Counted from the stretch's first letter, positions 20,832 through 37,501 are shown. The stretch is 64,000 bases of DNA from the human T2T-CHM13v2.0 reference genome, Homo sapiens (GCF_009914755.1 NC_060940.1), one strand, 5' to 3'. Translations and numbers: made by a program. Notes: a model not told the origin generated them from the sequence alone.

Positions 20832-21207
20832 TGTATTAGTCCTTCCTGACACTACTATAAAGAACTACCTGAGACTGGGTAATTTTTAAAGAAAATAGGT
20901 TTAATTGGCTCATGGTTCCACAGGCTGTGCATGAAGCATGGCTGGGGAGGCCTCAGGAAACTTACAATCACAGCAGAAGGTGAAGGGGAAGCAGGCACAT
21001 CATCCCTGGCTGGAGAAGGAGGAAGAGAGTGAAGGGGGAAGTGCCATGTACTTTTAACCAACTAGATCTAGTGAGAACTCATGAGAACAGCAAGGGGGAT
21101 GACCGCTCCCATGATCCAATCACCTCCCTCCAGACCCCTCCCTCCATCATCAAGGATTACAATTCCACATGAGATTTGGGTGGGGACACACAGCCAAACC
21201 ATATCAT
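20832..21207 (-). mobile_element. MaLR LTR (MSTA/MSTB-like), near complete
   Basis: tgtattagtcc...aagaactacctgagactgggtaattt...gagatttgggtggggacacacagccaaaccatatca. Confidence 0.9.
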
Positions 21208-21263
21208 GTAGCTTCCCCTCATTCTCCCTTTCCATACATTTATCCTTAAGAAGTTAACCAGGC

Positions 21264-21580
<317 letters not shown>

Positions 21581-21614
21581 AAGGTAACCAGGCTTCTCTG
21601 AGAAGGCAAAGATC

Positions 21615-22030
21615 AGTGTCCATTCATTCATTTCTGTCAATATCTGTGGCCCCTCTACTCTATGCCAGATACTACTGTGGGCACAGGAGACACCTTGATG
21701 AAAGGGACAAGGTGGTGGTGAGGTGATACCTGACAGAGAAAACATTTAGCCTCCCTTCTTTCTTCCATTCATCCATTCTTCCATTCAAAAAGTATTTATG
21801 ATGCATGGTCCATGTGTTAGGCACAGGACTGGGTGACAAAATACAGCAGTGAGCAAAAGAGATTGCGCCTTGCCCTTGAGTAGTTTGGAGTCCAATGGGG
21901 AAGATGGATATTAATGAAATAATCACCTACATAAAGATAGCATGACAAATGATGGAGAGCTCGTGAGACAAAGGTCAAGGGGCCATGTGAGAGTCTAAGA
22001 GAGGGATAGGCCTGGTTGGGTAGGCAGAGA
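21615..22030 (-). mobile_element. L2 3' fragments
   Basis: cattcattcattt; cattcaaaaagtatttatg...tgtgttaggcac. Confidence 0.7.
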
Positions 22031-22567
22031 ATGGATGAAGACTAGGCATACTTGAGATGCCCCCAGTGGTGTGTTTTCTGTTGAGTACAGGGACAACCGA
22101 TGGCTCTCTGTAGAAGGTGTGCTTTTGAGTTTCTATTAGCCGCGTGGGGCCATCCACACTCTCACCTGATTGTCTTGAGGACTGTCACAGGCTGATAGGT
22201 CTCAGGGAGAGTTCGGCCCACAAATGAGGGTTCCACCTGGGTGATCAGCACATTAGGGTTGTGACCTTGACTTTCGGGTTTGCAGTGGACAGCGTGACAG
22301 ATAAAAAGACACTCTTCTCATTCTACCTCATTTGGGTAAAGGAGTAAACAAGAGCATCATCCCATGACATCATTTTCAGACGTTTGCCTGTATATGGTGG
22401 CTCTATCACCACACTCAGAGACCAGGATAGAAAGATGGCCCCACGTTCCCCTCTGCAGTTTCACGCAGACATGGGGGGCATCTCAAATGTTCACATGCAA
22501 TGGCTTTGGAAAGAAAATTCTCAAAGAAGCAGTTAGCATCATGTAGTATCTTTCTGTACTAATGTGA

Positions 22568-22657
22568 GGGCAACTTTGAGCCAATCCCTTCAGCAGAGAG
22601 CTTTAGTTTATTGGGCAACTTTGAGCCAATCCCTTCAGCAGAGAGCTTTAGTTTATT
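22568..22657. repeat. Perfect 45-bp tandem duplication
   Basis: gggcaactttgagccaatcccttcagcagagagctttagtttatt twice, no mismatch. Confidence 0.98.
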
Positions 22658-22787
22658 TGAAAAAATACTATTGTATTTTGTCTCTTTTATGCCCAGTGTT
22701 TTGTAGGCACCAAGTAAAAGCCAAGAAAAATGTAAGAAATTGCCCTGCCCTGAAAAAGTTTACAAGGACATTCAGAAAAGAATTTTC

Positions 22788-23094
<307 letters not shown>

Positions 23095-23520
23095 TCATTC
23101 ATTTATTCAACAAACATTTGAGTACCTACGTTGTGCTAGACACAGAACCAGGAACCAGGTGAGTAAGACAAGCATGATGCTTGCCTCATGGAGCTTACCG
23201 TCTAGAGAAAGGAGAGAGATACTCAAACCATCAACAAACACAATAATTTCAAGTGGTTTTACATGCTAGACTTGTCAGAGACCTCTCAGAGAGCGTGACA
23301 TTTGAGTAGCAGCTGTGCAAAGATTTAAAGGAAGAGCATTCTAGACACAGGGAAACAGGAAGTAGAAGCCTCTGAGGCGTGCAGCAGGTTGGCTTAATAA
23401 ATAACAAGAAATGAGTGTGGCTACAACTCAGCAAGGGGGTGAGTCGTAGGCAGGCCAGGTGTAGAGTGCGAATTTTATTTTGAATGCAGAGGAAGCCTTT
23501 GGCAGGTGAAAACATGACAC
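23095..23520 (-). mobile_element. L2 3' fragment
   Basis: cattcatttattcaacaaacatttgagtacctac...gcctcatggagcttac. Confidence 0.8.
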
Positions 23521-23602
23521 TTCAACCTGAACTTATTGATCTACCTCGGGGTAGATCTGTGGCCTCAGTGAAATTTTGGGAGTAACAGACCTGGGATTCT
23601 TA

Positions 23603-24486
<884 letters not shown>

Positions 24487-24559
24487 AACAGTCACTTCTA
24501 ACCTCAGAGGCTTTCCTGGGTAGGAGAGGATGAAACTGCAAAATGAATAAACCATATAA

Positions 24560-25142
24560 CAGGTCGCTGCTTGTGGCTCAGCATATTTCTTTCCTTTTGG
24601 GGACAATGCCCTTCAGGAAGCCACTGCTTTCCTGTTCTTGGGAATAGGATTTGGCTCAAGCTAGTCAGAAATATTTTTCACTTCCTATCTCCACACCAAA
24701 GTGACTGGCTCTGGGATGGGCACAGAACCCAGTCAGAGCCAGTGAAACTCAAGAAGACATCGTCTAGAGCCTTCTGGCAAAAAAAAAAAAAAGAAAGAAA
24801 GAAAAAAAAAAGCTTTCTCTCTTTTGCATGGGAGCCATCAGTATAAAGATGCAAAGTTTAGAACCACTGCAGGCATTTGTGACCATGGGGAAGATTCTGG
24901 AACTGTTAGGGGCTGTGGGGGAGCATCGCATGGTGCCTGAGGATGAAGCCAACACCACAGAAGGTAGAGCGAGAGATGGAGAACGCTGTGTCCTTGTGAA
25001 GCCATTGAGCCCCAGGATCGAGCCTCGCCTGAAGCCAGGCCTATTGCTGGAGGTTTTAGTGGCCTCCACCAGTTAAATGCTCTTTATTATATAAGCCAAT
25101 GTAAGTGGGGTTTCCTTGCTGCATAAAGAGCCTATATGATAG
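24560..25142 (+). mobile_element. Old MaLR LTR (MLT1K/L-like)
   Basis: gtgactggctctgggatgggcac...tgaagccaacac...ataagccaatgtaagtggggtttc. Confidence 0.65.
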
Positions 25143-26419
25143 AAACATTGCAATAGGCACCCAACAACACTGAGGGCCTCCTCTGCACCTTCAGTTTCTA
25201 GGAGGAAGTAAGCCTGTTCCAGGACCCAAATAAATGGTCTCGCCTCCCCCTTCTCTATTTCAGTGTTTCCATGCCTCCTGTCACCATAGCACTGTGACTC
25301 TCATGGAAAGGCAGAGGAAGCAGAGGAGGAGAGGGTGCCTGTTTCCAGGCTGCGTTGCCACATTGGGGTGGGGGCTGGAGAGACAGAGAGAGAGAGAGGC
25401 GGCTCTAAGCCTGACATTTCAGGATAGAGATAACAGGGTAAAAATAAACTCCCAAGCGCCTGTAGCAGCACTCGCTTCTCTGGCTTCACAGTTATCTCTC
25501 TCTGCTTCGGGGACAGAAGGGTTCCTTTCGGGTCACCCCTTGGACTGCCCCTTCCCAGCCCCCGGCGGGGGAGGAGGACGCATAGGTCATTGATTTACAT
25601 CTATCTGTCTACACCTGCTCTTTCACCGCTGGCAAGTCAAGGGATTGATCCCCTCCATCCCGTAGCCCCTCTTTTTATCCTGCAAATCACCTTTCACATC
25701 TGATGCTCCAGGAGCTCAGTGAGGTGAGTGAGTCAAGGGCCGGGGTCTCCCCATTTCCCAGTTGGGAAAAGCAGTGGGGCTTGGAAAGATGAAATGATTT
25801 TCCCCAAATCACACAGCTTTTTAGTGCTAATGTGTTCTGATCTAAAGCCAGGGCCTTTTCTGCCTTTCCATCTTCAATCAGGAGTAAAAGCAGTTTGATT
25901 CCCTCTCTGCAGGGCTTGTGGACAGCCATCCAGGCTGGGTACACACAGCTCCTGGGGGTGGCGTTCACATCACCTGGGACACAAGTATCATTGTGTGTCT
26001 CCTGACAACCACACCTCTCTGTCCCCTTTGTCCCCCTTCCCATCACACAGTGTCTGAGTTTTGTATTTGCCAGTGAGCCACCTACTTGCTTACTACAGAA
26101 GGGTGGCTGGGACGACACAGTGTCAAGGAACCCAACCCAGCTCTGCCACTGAGGTCCACAGAAGGTCTCTGAGCCTCAGTTTTCTAATCTTTAAAATGGT
26201 GATCAAAATAAACCAACGTAGGATTAAATAAACCATTGCATGCCAGGCCCTTGGCCTGTGCCTGATACATGATCATCTAAATGTTGGAGCTTCCTGTGAC
26301 AATGACAGCTTTTCCTATGCTGGTGTATGGGTATAGCGACTACGTCCCTCACCCATGTCCGCAGTACCTGCCCTTTGAGTTCTTTCTCTCTCAGTGGCCA
26401 AGGATTTGCAATGAGCCAT

Positions 26420-26870
26420 TTCATCAGTTAAGACGCTTGTGGTTGCAAGCAACCGAAACACTGATCCTCACTGGATTACATGAAAGGGGAATTTATTGGC
26501 TTGGTGGGTAGCTCCAAAGGCGGCCAAGGGTAGAGCCTAGCTTCGGGCACAGCTGGATCCAGGATGGAACCGATACCATCAGGATTGGGTTTCTCGGCTC
26601 CATTATCTGCTGTGAGCGCCCTCCTCATAGGGGATACAGGGGTTCTGGCATCTCCCCTTCTTGGGTTCAAAGCCAGTGGGAAAGATCCAGCCCCAGCATT
26701 CCCAGAAAAAGCCTCTTTGCATCTCACTACCCATCTAGAACCCATCACCGTACCCAAAGCAACGAAGACAAGCGCGGATGGCCCGAGGTGGGTCCAGTCT
26801 GCTCAAACCCAGATCTGAGAGTAGTGAACAATGATCGCCCAGAGCAAAATCAGGTTTGGCCGCCAGAAGC
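26420..26870 (-). mobile_element. Old MaLR LTR (MLT1K-like)
   Basis: tcagttaagacgcttgtggttgcaagcaaccgaaac...gggaatttattggct...cacagctggatccagg. Confidence 0.7.
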
Positions 26871-27365
26871 AAAGGTGACTTCAGCAGCCACCCACTCTCC
26901 TCAGCCTCGTGTCCCACGGTGAACACTGATGAACTGGCTTCTGTCATCCCAGGGAAGAGACGGGCTTCAAGCAGGCTGCAAAACCAGGCCGGCGGGCTCC
27001 GACAACAACTCTCATCCAAAGTTCCCTCGTTGCCATCTGCTGACCAGCTGGACCCACTGACCTCAGACCAGAACCTTCCCCAAGCTTGATCTGCAGCCTG
27101 CCACCTGGGGAACCCACTTCGCTGAATAGGAGCTGGAAATCTGGGCTCTTTTTCAGGCCTCTGCCATGAGGCACTGTATCCTTGTTCCAACTCAATTATT
27201 ACTGATTCATTATTTGTCTTTCCTCTAAAAAGAACCAGCCATAACAAAAAGCCCCTCTCATGGTCTGTAGAAAATAAATACAACCAAAAGCAATACTATG
27301 ATTAAAAGATAGCTGGTTGCTCTCGCTCGCTGTAAGCCTGAAGACTGGTGCTGTCATGGTTGCTA

Positions 27366-27710
<345 letters not shown>

Positions 27711-28897
27711 CTAGGCTAGCACCAACTTGAGACTCGATGAAATTAAAACAACTGAAAACAAATTAGAAAGAGAATAACTTCTACTAGGTGATTCTGCTGC
27801 GTTGAATGCTGGAGGGGTACATTTCATGTAAGTTGCCTGCATCATCGACAATTCTCTCACGTACTGGTGAGTCTGCCACTCTAAATGTGTAAATACCGTT
27901 TATACTGGTCAACCAGCAACCACAAAGACACTCTTGAAGCTTCCTCTCTCTCCCCTCCTCCCCAAGCCTGCAGGAGAGATGGAAAAGAAGCGGGTAAGAG
28001 AACACGAAAGATTTCTTTAAAAATAATTATGGTAATTACGTATGCATTTCCAGGGGGAGATTCTGGGAATTATTCCTAAAAGGCTGGAAAGAATTTCCTC
28101 TTTTGATCTCGATTCTGAGCCAGAGAAAATCAAATTAAGAAAGAAAAGCAACAGAGAATTCTCGGTGGGGAGGAAGGAATGGGGTTGGGGCTGTTCGTGA
28201 GGTTCTGGGAGAAAGATGGAGAACAGGACTCCGACACCTTTCTCTCTAGATGTTGGTAGACTTAGGAGGAAGAAGTGAGAGAGAGAAAAGATGAGACAGG
28301 TGAGGTTGTGTCCTTACATCTTTCTTGCAAGGCTTCACTCCCTCCCCTTGAGGGGCCACAAAGATGGTCCCCCTTGAGCTATTGAGGACGTAGTTTTTTG
28401 TAGCTTTTCCCACATCACACGTGGCTGGCCAGGCATCCTCCACAATGGCCCTCCCTTGCAGAGGAGCCCTGTGAATTCCAGCCAACACTCCGAGAGCCGC
28501 CACAACAAGATGAGCAAGTGTAGGCGTGTGACGAGTTTTTTGTTTCTTTCTTTTTAATCCTCCCTTTCAGGCACAGGGAGAAATGGTCCTGTCACTTCTC
28601 TAAATTTTCTTCCGCGGTTGCTAAGCAGCACGCCTCTGCCCCTTCCACTTCCCTCTGCTCCTGCTTTCTTGTCTCTCTCCACCCTCCACCCCCGCACGCT
28701 CACAGTGCTCTTCCCTGCCGTGGTTTGGAAATCAGAGAACAGCCCCCAGGCAGTTTGCTGCTCCCAGAGCCACAGCAGTGCAATGGCAGTTCCCGACAGA
28801 GGCGTCTCCCAGCCTGCTCTGCAGAGCATGCACGTAGGTCCTGGCAGGGAAGACCACTGCTTGAGCCCCTCTGCATTCACCAGCAGAGCTGGGGCCG

Positions 28898-28980
28898 GCC
28901 TGCCTGCCTGCCTGCCTCCCTCCCTCCCTCCCTTCCTTCCTTCCTTCCTCTACACTTCTTTCCTTCTTCCTTCCCTCCCT
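28898..28980. repeat. (CCTG)n(CCCT)n(CCTT)n pyrimidine-rich STR
   Basis: Directly visible. Confidence 0.9.
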
Positions 28981-31187
28981 GCCATGCTACAATAGCCTTT
29001 GCCTGGAGACTAGAGGGGGGAAACTCAAAAGTATGCAGGCACCAAACACTGCATTTCATGAGGGAATGAGGCTGGATGTGAGACGATAGGGAATGGTGAG
29101 GACTGTTCCCTAAGTACCTGCCTAAGGAGGCCTTGCACTAGCTCCAGCCAACTGGTGTTTCAAGGGAACCTGGGCAACTTCCAGATTTTTAAAAATCTCA
29201 ATGCAGGACAAGCAAAAACCCATCTGTGGGCCTCCAGTCTGTGGAGGAGAGCCAAGCAGGGTCCATAATGCGGGTTTGTGAGACAGTTGCATTTGAGGGT
29301 TCGTTGGGTGGTTTTGGCAGCAGAATGGAGGACTGGTGGGAGGCAGGCAGGGACTGTGGACAGCAAGCCATGAGCCCCAGGAGCTCCTTGGAGAAGCCAG
29401 AAGGCTTGGTGGCAGCCCCGGACCTTGATTTCTGTAGGACCTTCATCCAGTGGATGGGAGAATGGCTAGCTGGACCGCAGACAAGTAACCGGGGTGGAGG
29501 GAATGGACTGTCACTTTTCCCTTGGTTCCCAAAGCCGCCCATCCCGTTCCATGATGCCAGGCCCTAGGCCAGAAGGACCACAGGTTAATCAGGGTCAGGC
29601 ACTGAACAGATGGGGCCTCAAGGGATCCCAGAGGTCCACGGGTGAAGCTAGCATGATGTATCGCTTTTCAGCTAAGTTGCAACCGCAGGGAGTCACGGTG
29701 GGGTTACTGTGGGTCGGGTGGAAGTGGCGTAAAGAAGGCCTGTGCTCTGACCTCCTTTGGGGACATTCAGGGGCACCATGATCAGGCTCTCCCCCACTGG
29801 CCAGGATGGCCAGGACACAGCCCACGGGGCCCCATGGGGCTCTGTCTCCCTGCTCCCTTTCCCATTGGCCACAAAGACTTTGGATGACATTGAGACCTGA
29901 GCCAGACACAGGGACTGCAACCTTCCCAAAACAAACCAGCCAAGTCCCAGAGGGAGTGAAGGAATGGCCGAGTGCTGAGCTCTGTGCTGCAACTGACATT
30001 TGGAAGAGGAAGCTTCAGGGCCCAAAGCTCAGAGAATGCACTTCCTGGGTTCTGTTCAGTCACTGGAATTACCTCCATGACAGCTTTCTCCAGAAGCTCC
30101 TCTGGGCAGTCAGCATTTCCATCTACCCTGGTCAGCATAGAACCAGCTCCCATCTGTCCACCTGGATCTCAGTCTCAGTTTCTGAGGCCCGGTTCTCCCC
30201 CAGGGGCTGGGCTGCAATCAGCAGGGACTAAATCTCACTGCCAAGGGCCTGGGCCAAGGCATCCAACTCTCTGTGCTCCAGGAAGGGCTGAAGGAGCCTG
30301 CATGACTGGAGGTGGGAAGGCTACATCCAGATCCTCACACACCATCATCCCATTCCTTGGCCCCTGGGGGCTGGCACTGCCCTGTGAGCCTCCAGGAACT
30401 GATGAACAACAGCTGAGAACACAAAAACGATCCATGGAGAATGACAGAGCCAGCTTATTTCTACATTTCTTTGTTTTTTAAAGTAATGAAGGGAGCTCTC
30501 TTCAGAAGCCTTTGGTTCCCTTGGCTTTTCAAAGTAGTAAGGAAGGGAGGAAGGAAGTTGAGGCTCTTAAAGTCAGTTCTACTCAGGGAGTACTGATTGA
30601 TGGCCGATCACACACCGTGCAAAGGAATGTAGGGTCCAGTACAACCTGCATCACCCAGAAAGATTCAGCAGAGAGTGAGAGCCTCGTCCTCAGCAGGCAG
30701 GGGAAGCCAGGCACCTTGCAAGGGCTTCTGCATTCCATCATCACTAGTTTCAAGGAGCAGGTGGTATGATTCCCATTTAGCAGATGGGAAAGTAAAGCCC
30801 AGAGGTATTTAGTAATTGTTGAGAGGCCATGCTGGTAATGAGGGCAGAGCGGGGACTCAAACCAGGGCTGTCTGGATGGTTGCAAAGGCCGTACTATTTT
30901 CTGCAGAACACCAACTATGGGAAAGCATGTTCCGGAGATGGTCCCAGAGATTGCTGGATTCAATACAGGAAATGTTTTATTGAGTGTGGGGAACCTGAAA
31001 GGGACCAGCTTTTCCAGTCCAGGGCCCCCTTAGGCCAGTCCCCCAATTCATCCATCAAATACACATGTCCAGTTTCTGCAGCATTGGAAAATGCCTGGGA
31101 AATTATTTCACAAAGAATTTCAAGCAAACAGAAAAGGTATGTGGGATAATATCATGTTCCACTGCCAAGCTTAAGAATGAATGTTAC

Positions 31188-31849
<662 letters not shown>

Positions 31850-31995
31850 TTATAATCCACATGCATGTCTTTCTGCGTTCGCTGCCCTTGTATGTGTTCT
31901 AAACAATAGTATTGTTTGCATGTTTCAATATTTTCATATAAATGATATGTTGTATGTATCCATATGCAACTTTTTTTTTTTTAAAGAGCTTTATT

Positions 31996-32305
31996 AGCTG
32001 GGTGTGGTGGCTCATGCCTGTAATTCCAGCAATTTGGAAGGCCAAGGCAAGAGGATTACTTGAGCCAAGGAGTTCAAGACCAGCCTGGGCAACATAGCAA
32101 GACCTCATCTCTACAAAAAATAAACAAAATTAGCTGGGTATGGTGGCAAATGCCTATAGTCTCAGCTACTTGGGAGGCTGAGGTGGGGGGATTGCTTGAG
32201 CTCAAGAGTTCAAGGCTGCAGTGAGCTATGATCGCACCACTGCACTCCGGCCTGGGCAACAGAGTGAGACCCTGTCTATTAAAATAAAGAAACAAAGAAA
32301 AGAAA
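31996..32305 (+). mobile_element. Alu (AluJ-like)
   Basis: Flanked by agctttatt. Confidence 0.9.
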
Positions 32306-32307
32306 AC

Positions 32308-34201
32308 CAGCTTTATTGAGATGTAATTCGTACACCGTACAAGTCACCAATTTAAAATGTACAAGTCAATGGCTTTCAGTAAATTCAGAGTTGTACTGCC
32401 ATCACTACAATCAATTTCAGAACACTTTCGTTACCCCAAAAAGAAACACGGCCACCTTCTCAGCCATCACCCACCAGTCTCCCCATCCTCTCTTGGCAAC
32501 TCCTAATTTCCTTTCTGTCTCTATAGAAAGGAAGTGTTCCTATTCTAGACGTTCCATATATGGAATTCCACAGATGGAATGCCATTTATAATGGAATCAT
32601 GGACCTTTGAATCTGACTTCCTTCACTTAACATCATGCTTTTAAGTTCCCCCATGTTGCGGCAGGGATCAGTTCTTCATTATTGACAAAGAATGTTTCAT
32701 CATACGTATAAAGCACATTTTATTTATTCACTCATCAGTTTACCATTTGGGTGATTTCCACTTTTGGCTATTATGAATAATACGGCTATGAACATTCATG
32801 TACAAGTTTTTGTGTGGACATATGTTTTCATTTCTCTTCTATATACCTACGAGGGAAGTTGCTGAGTCATATGGTAACTCTAAGTTTTTGAGAAACTGCC
32901 AAACAGTTTTTCAAAGCTCTGTGCTACTTTACATTCCCACCAGCAATGTGTGATGATGGTTCGAATTTCACTACCTCCTTGCCAACAGTTATTACGATCT
33001 GTCTTTTTTATTATAGCCACCCTAGTGGGTGTGAAGTGGTATCTCATCATCTCATCATGGTTTTGATTTGCTTTTCCCTGATGGCAAATGATGTTGAGCA
33101 TCTTTTCAAGTGTTTATCGGCCATTTATTTATCTTCTTTGGAGAAACGTCTATTCAGATCCTTTGCCTGTTTTTAATGGGGTTATTTGTCTTTTTATTAT
33201 TGAGTGGTAATCATTCTTTATAGATTCTAGGCACAAGTCTCTTATCAGATATACAATTTGTGAAAATTTTCTCTCATTCTGTGGGTTGTCTTCACTTTTT
33301 TGACGTCTTTGAAGCACAAAAGTTTTCCATTTTAAAGTCCAATTTAGCTGGGCATGGCGGTACATGTTTGTAGTCCCAGCAACTCAGGAGGCTGAGGTAG
33401 GAGGATCACTTGAGCCTAGGATTTCAAGTCCAGCCTGGGCAACATAACAAGACCCCATCTCTTAAAAAAATAAAGTCCAATTTTTCTATTTTTTCTTTTG
33501 TTGCTTATGCTTTGGGTATCATATCTTAGAATCCATTGACTAATCCAAGGTCATGAAGATTTCCTCCTATGTTTTCTTCTAAGAGTTTTATAGTTTTAAT
33601 GCTTGCATTTAGGTCTTTGATCCATTTTGAATTAGTTTTTGTTTATGGTGTGAGTTAAGGGTCTCACTTCATTCTTTTGAATGTAGCTACTCCGTTGTCC
33701 TACCACCATATTTAAAACAGAATTGTGTTGGCTGCCTCGTAGAAAATCAATTGATCAGAAATGTGAAGGTTTATTTCTGGACTGTCAAGCCTAGTCAAGT
33801 GATCTATATGTCTGTCCTTATGTCAATTTCATAGTATCTGATTACTATAGCTTTGTACTAAGTTTTAGTACTCAGGAAGTATGAACCCTCCAACTTTGTT
33901 CTTTTTGAAGGTTAACTGCTCTGATTCTCTTGAATTTCCATATGAATTTTAGAATTGGTTTGTTAACTTCTGCAAAAAAGTTAGCTGGTATTTTGAAAGG
34001 ATGGCATTGAATCTGTAGATCAATTTGAGAAGTTTTGCTATCTTAATATTAAACTTTTCCATCTATAAACATGGGATGTCTTTCCATTTATTTAGGTCTT
34101 CTTTAGTTTCTTTCAACAATGTTATATAGTTTTGCAATGTAAAAAGCCTCATACTTCTTTGGTTAAATGTATTCCTAAGTATTTCATTCTTTTTTAAAAT
34201 T

Positions 34202-34244
<43 letters not shown>

Positions 34245-35015
34245 TTTTCATTTAGAGACAGGGTCTCTCTCTCTGACACCCAGGCTGGAGTACAGTGACC
34301 AGATCATAGCTCACTGCAGCCTCAATCTCCTGAGTTCAAGTGATCCTCCCACCTCAACCTCCTGAGTAACTAGGACTGCAGGCATGGCCACTACACCTGG
34401 CTAATTTTTTAAAATTTTTGGTAGAGATAGAGTCTTGCCGTGTTGCTCAGGTGGTCTCAAACTCCTGGGCTTGAGTGATCCTCCTTCCTCAGCCTCCCAT
34501 AGTGCTGGGATTAACTGGCATGAGCCACCATGCCTGGCCTTATTTTTTATTCTTTTTGATGCTCTTGTGAATGAATTTTTCTTAATTTCATTCTAAATTT
34601 TCTTCTTTTCAACATATAGAAGAACTACAGCTGGTTTTTGCATATTGATCTTGTATCCTGCAACCATACTAAACTTGTTTAGTCATTCAAATAGTTTTTG
34701 GTAGCTTCTTCATAATCTTCTATGTACAAGGTTATGACAACTGTCAAACAGAGACAGTTTTATTTCTTCCTTTCCAATCTGGATACCTCTTCTTTTCTCT
34801 TGCCTACTTGTTCTGCCTAGAATTTTCCAGAACAATGTTGAATAGCAGTGGCAGTAGTAGACATCCTTTTCTTGTTTCTGATTTTAGAGGGAAAGCTTTC
34901 AGTCTTTCACGATTAAGTGTGATGTTAGCTCTGGGTTTTTCATAGATGCCCTTTATCTGGTTGAGGAAGTTCCCTCCTATTCCTAGGATACTGAGTGTTT
35001 TTATTGTGAAGCATA
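32308..35015 (-). mobile_element. L1MB-like element (3'UTR and ORF2 3' part), interrupted by FLAM 33346-33470 and AluJ 34200-34540
   Basis: ORF-track remnants HFTPTRVAIIKK and [44 protein letters not shown] are L1 ORF2 motifs. Confidence 0.92.
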
Positions 35016-35609
35016 TGTTTTGCTCTTCTCCCCCCAACATCGTGAGTTTTATCCACGTGTCACTGTGGTTTGCAATGTCGACTTTCACTAAAGATGTTGT
35101 AGGGCAGATAAAGGAGAAGGTTAAATCACATATCACCCCTCTTCTCTAATTACATCTTCTTTATCTCTCTCAAGCTACCTAGCATTTGCCCCTGCCACGA
35201 CTCCCCCTTCCACCCCTGCCCCAGGCAAACTCTCTCCTCTTTCATCCACTTGCTTACCAGAGGGCTTTTAGCAAAACAGAAACCCTCTTCCTTTTTCATC
35301 CATCTGGAGATAAATAAAGGAGAGTGGGAGTTCCAAAGAAGAATCCCTTCACTCTGCTTGGTGGGGAGAAGGTAGAACAGCAAATCTTCCTGAAGGAGGG
35401 TGTGTTTGAGCTTAGATTAGAAGCTGGGTAGGATGCTGCCAGGGAAGGAAGAAATAGCTTGAGCAAAGACATCTCAGGTTGTGCCCTGATGAAAGGGAAT
35501 TTAGCCCCCAACAAGGTCCAGGCAGTTTAGCCTCAACAGTTCTTACAAGGATCTTCTATTCATATGATAATTACATGGAGTGGATCTCAGTAGACTTGCT
35601 ATGATATGA

Positions 35610-36015
<406 letters not shown>

Positions 36016-36029
36016 TTCATTTCTGACCT

Positions 36030-36240
36030 CTAGAGTTGCCTTGTCCAATATGGTAGGCATTAGCCACATGTGGCCATTCAAGTGTAAATTAAGTAAAATT
36101 AAATAGCATTAAACATTTACTTCCTATTTGCACTAGATACATCTCAATAGCCACATGTAGTTAGTGGTTACCGTATTGGATAGCACAGCTATAGAACATT
36201 TCTGTTACCACAGAAAGATCTATTGGACAGTGTATTCTAG
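36030..36240. mobile_element. MER3-like hAT MITE
   Basis: tgtccaatatggtag...tagccacatgtggc...ggttaccgtattggatagcacag...ctattggacagtg. Confidence 0.8.
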
Positions 36241-36894
36241 TATTGGAGGGAAGAAAGCTGTAATGAAGATGACTGAGGGGTCTGAGCCAGACAGGTGGGC
36301 CCCAGGCATAAGGTGAAGATGGCCTGGCCTGGGCGTTAGTAGGCTGGGTGCCAGTTCTGGCTCTGCCACCCCTGTTCCTGTCACTTTTGGACAAATCTCT
36401 TCCCTTTTCTGGTTTTCCCATTGTTGAGAAAATGAAATTGTTGGGCGATGTCATCCCAGGAGCCCAGGCAATGATTGACAGATTCTGTGGTTGTTTAGCC
36501 AGAAAGGGATGTATTCAGCTGTTTCTTCCAGATGTAGAGAAAAGAGCCTTGGACTCAGGAAGAAAGCAGCTGGTTCTGGTGCTACCCAGCTGAGCCATCA
36601 TGGGCAAGTCACTTCACCTCTCTGAACCCCATTTCCACATCTGTGAAAGTGGGTGAGAGGGTTTTGGGAGGATGAATTGAGAGGAGTTAAAGGAAAGCAC
36701 TCTGAGAAAAGAAGAGGGATAACATGATGTGGCCAGGTCAGCTCAAGTGGGAAAGTTAGCATAAACAAAGCTAAATGGGTTTATTTGCTACAGGATTTCT
36801 CAGAACCCTTAATATGCTAATGTGCACTGTGAATCCCTAAGTATTTCCTAAATTAATAAGAGCACAGAATTCCTTTTAAAATAAAATTATTATT

Positions 36895-37180
36895 GCCAGG
36901 TGTGGTGGCTCACGCCTGTAATCCCAGCACTTTGGGAGGCTGAGGCGGGCAGATCACTTGAGGTCAGCCTGGCCAACATGGTGAAACCCCGTCTCTACTA
37001 AAAATACAAAAATTAGCTGGGCGTGGTGGTGGGCGCCTGTAATCCCAACTACTGGGGAGGCTGAAGCAGAAGAATCACTTGAACCCAGAAGGTGGAGGTT
37101 GCAGTGAGCCAAGATCATGCCACTGGACTCCAGCCTAAGCAACAGAGTGAGACTCCGTCTCACAAATAATAATAATAATT
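36895..37180 (+). mobile_element. Alu
   Basis: Sense Alu consensus. Confidence 0.95.
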
Positions 37181-37501
37181 CTTGCAAGGAATGCTCACAG
37201 GCATTCGTTATTGTTACAGGGAACCCACTTGGGAATTGCCCTTGGACAGGGATAGAGCACTTTCCTTGGCCACAGCTTGGACTAATGGCTGTCACCCAGC
37301 ATTGCCCCTGAAAAATGTCTGGTCTTAGGAAGAATTGGAAAGATCTGGGTTAGATGACATCATGGAGATGGCTTAGAGTGCAGGCAGCCTCCAGAGGAAA
37401 GTGGGAGGGAAAAGTGAAAATCTGGAGAAGGTGAGGGTGGCAGCGAGAACGTACTGTTTACTCAACGCAGGTGCAAACTACAGGGCAGGCAACGACCTTG
37501 A

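Noticed and set aside
32554-32563. CArG box CCATATATGG
   Set aside because: Single motif inside an L1 3'UTR with no supporting context.
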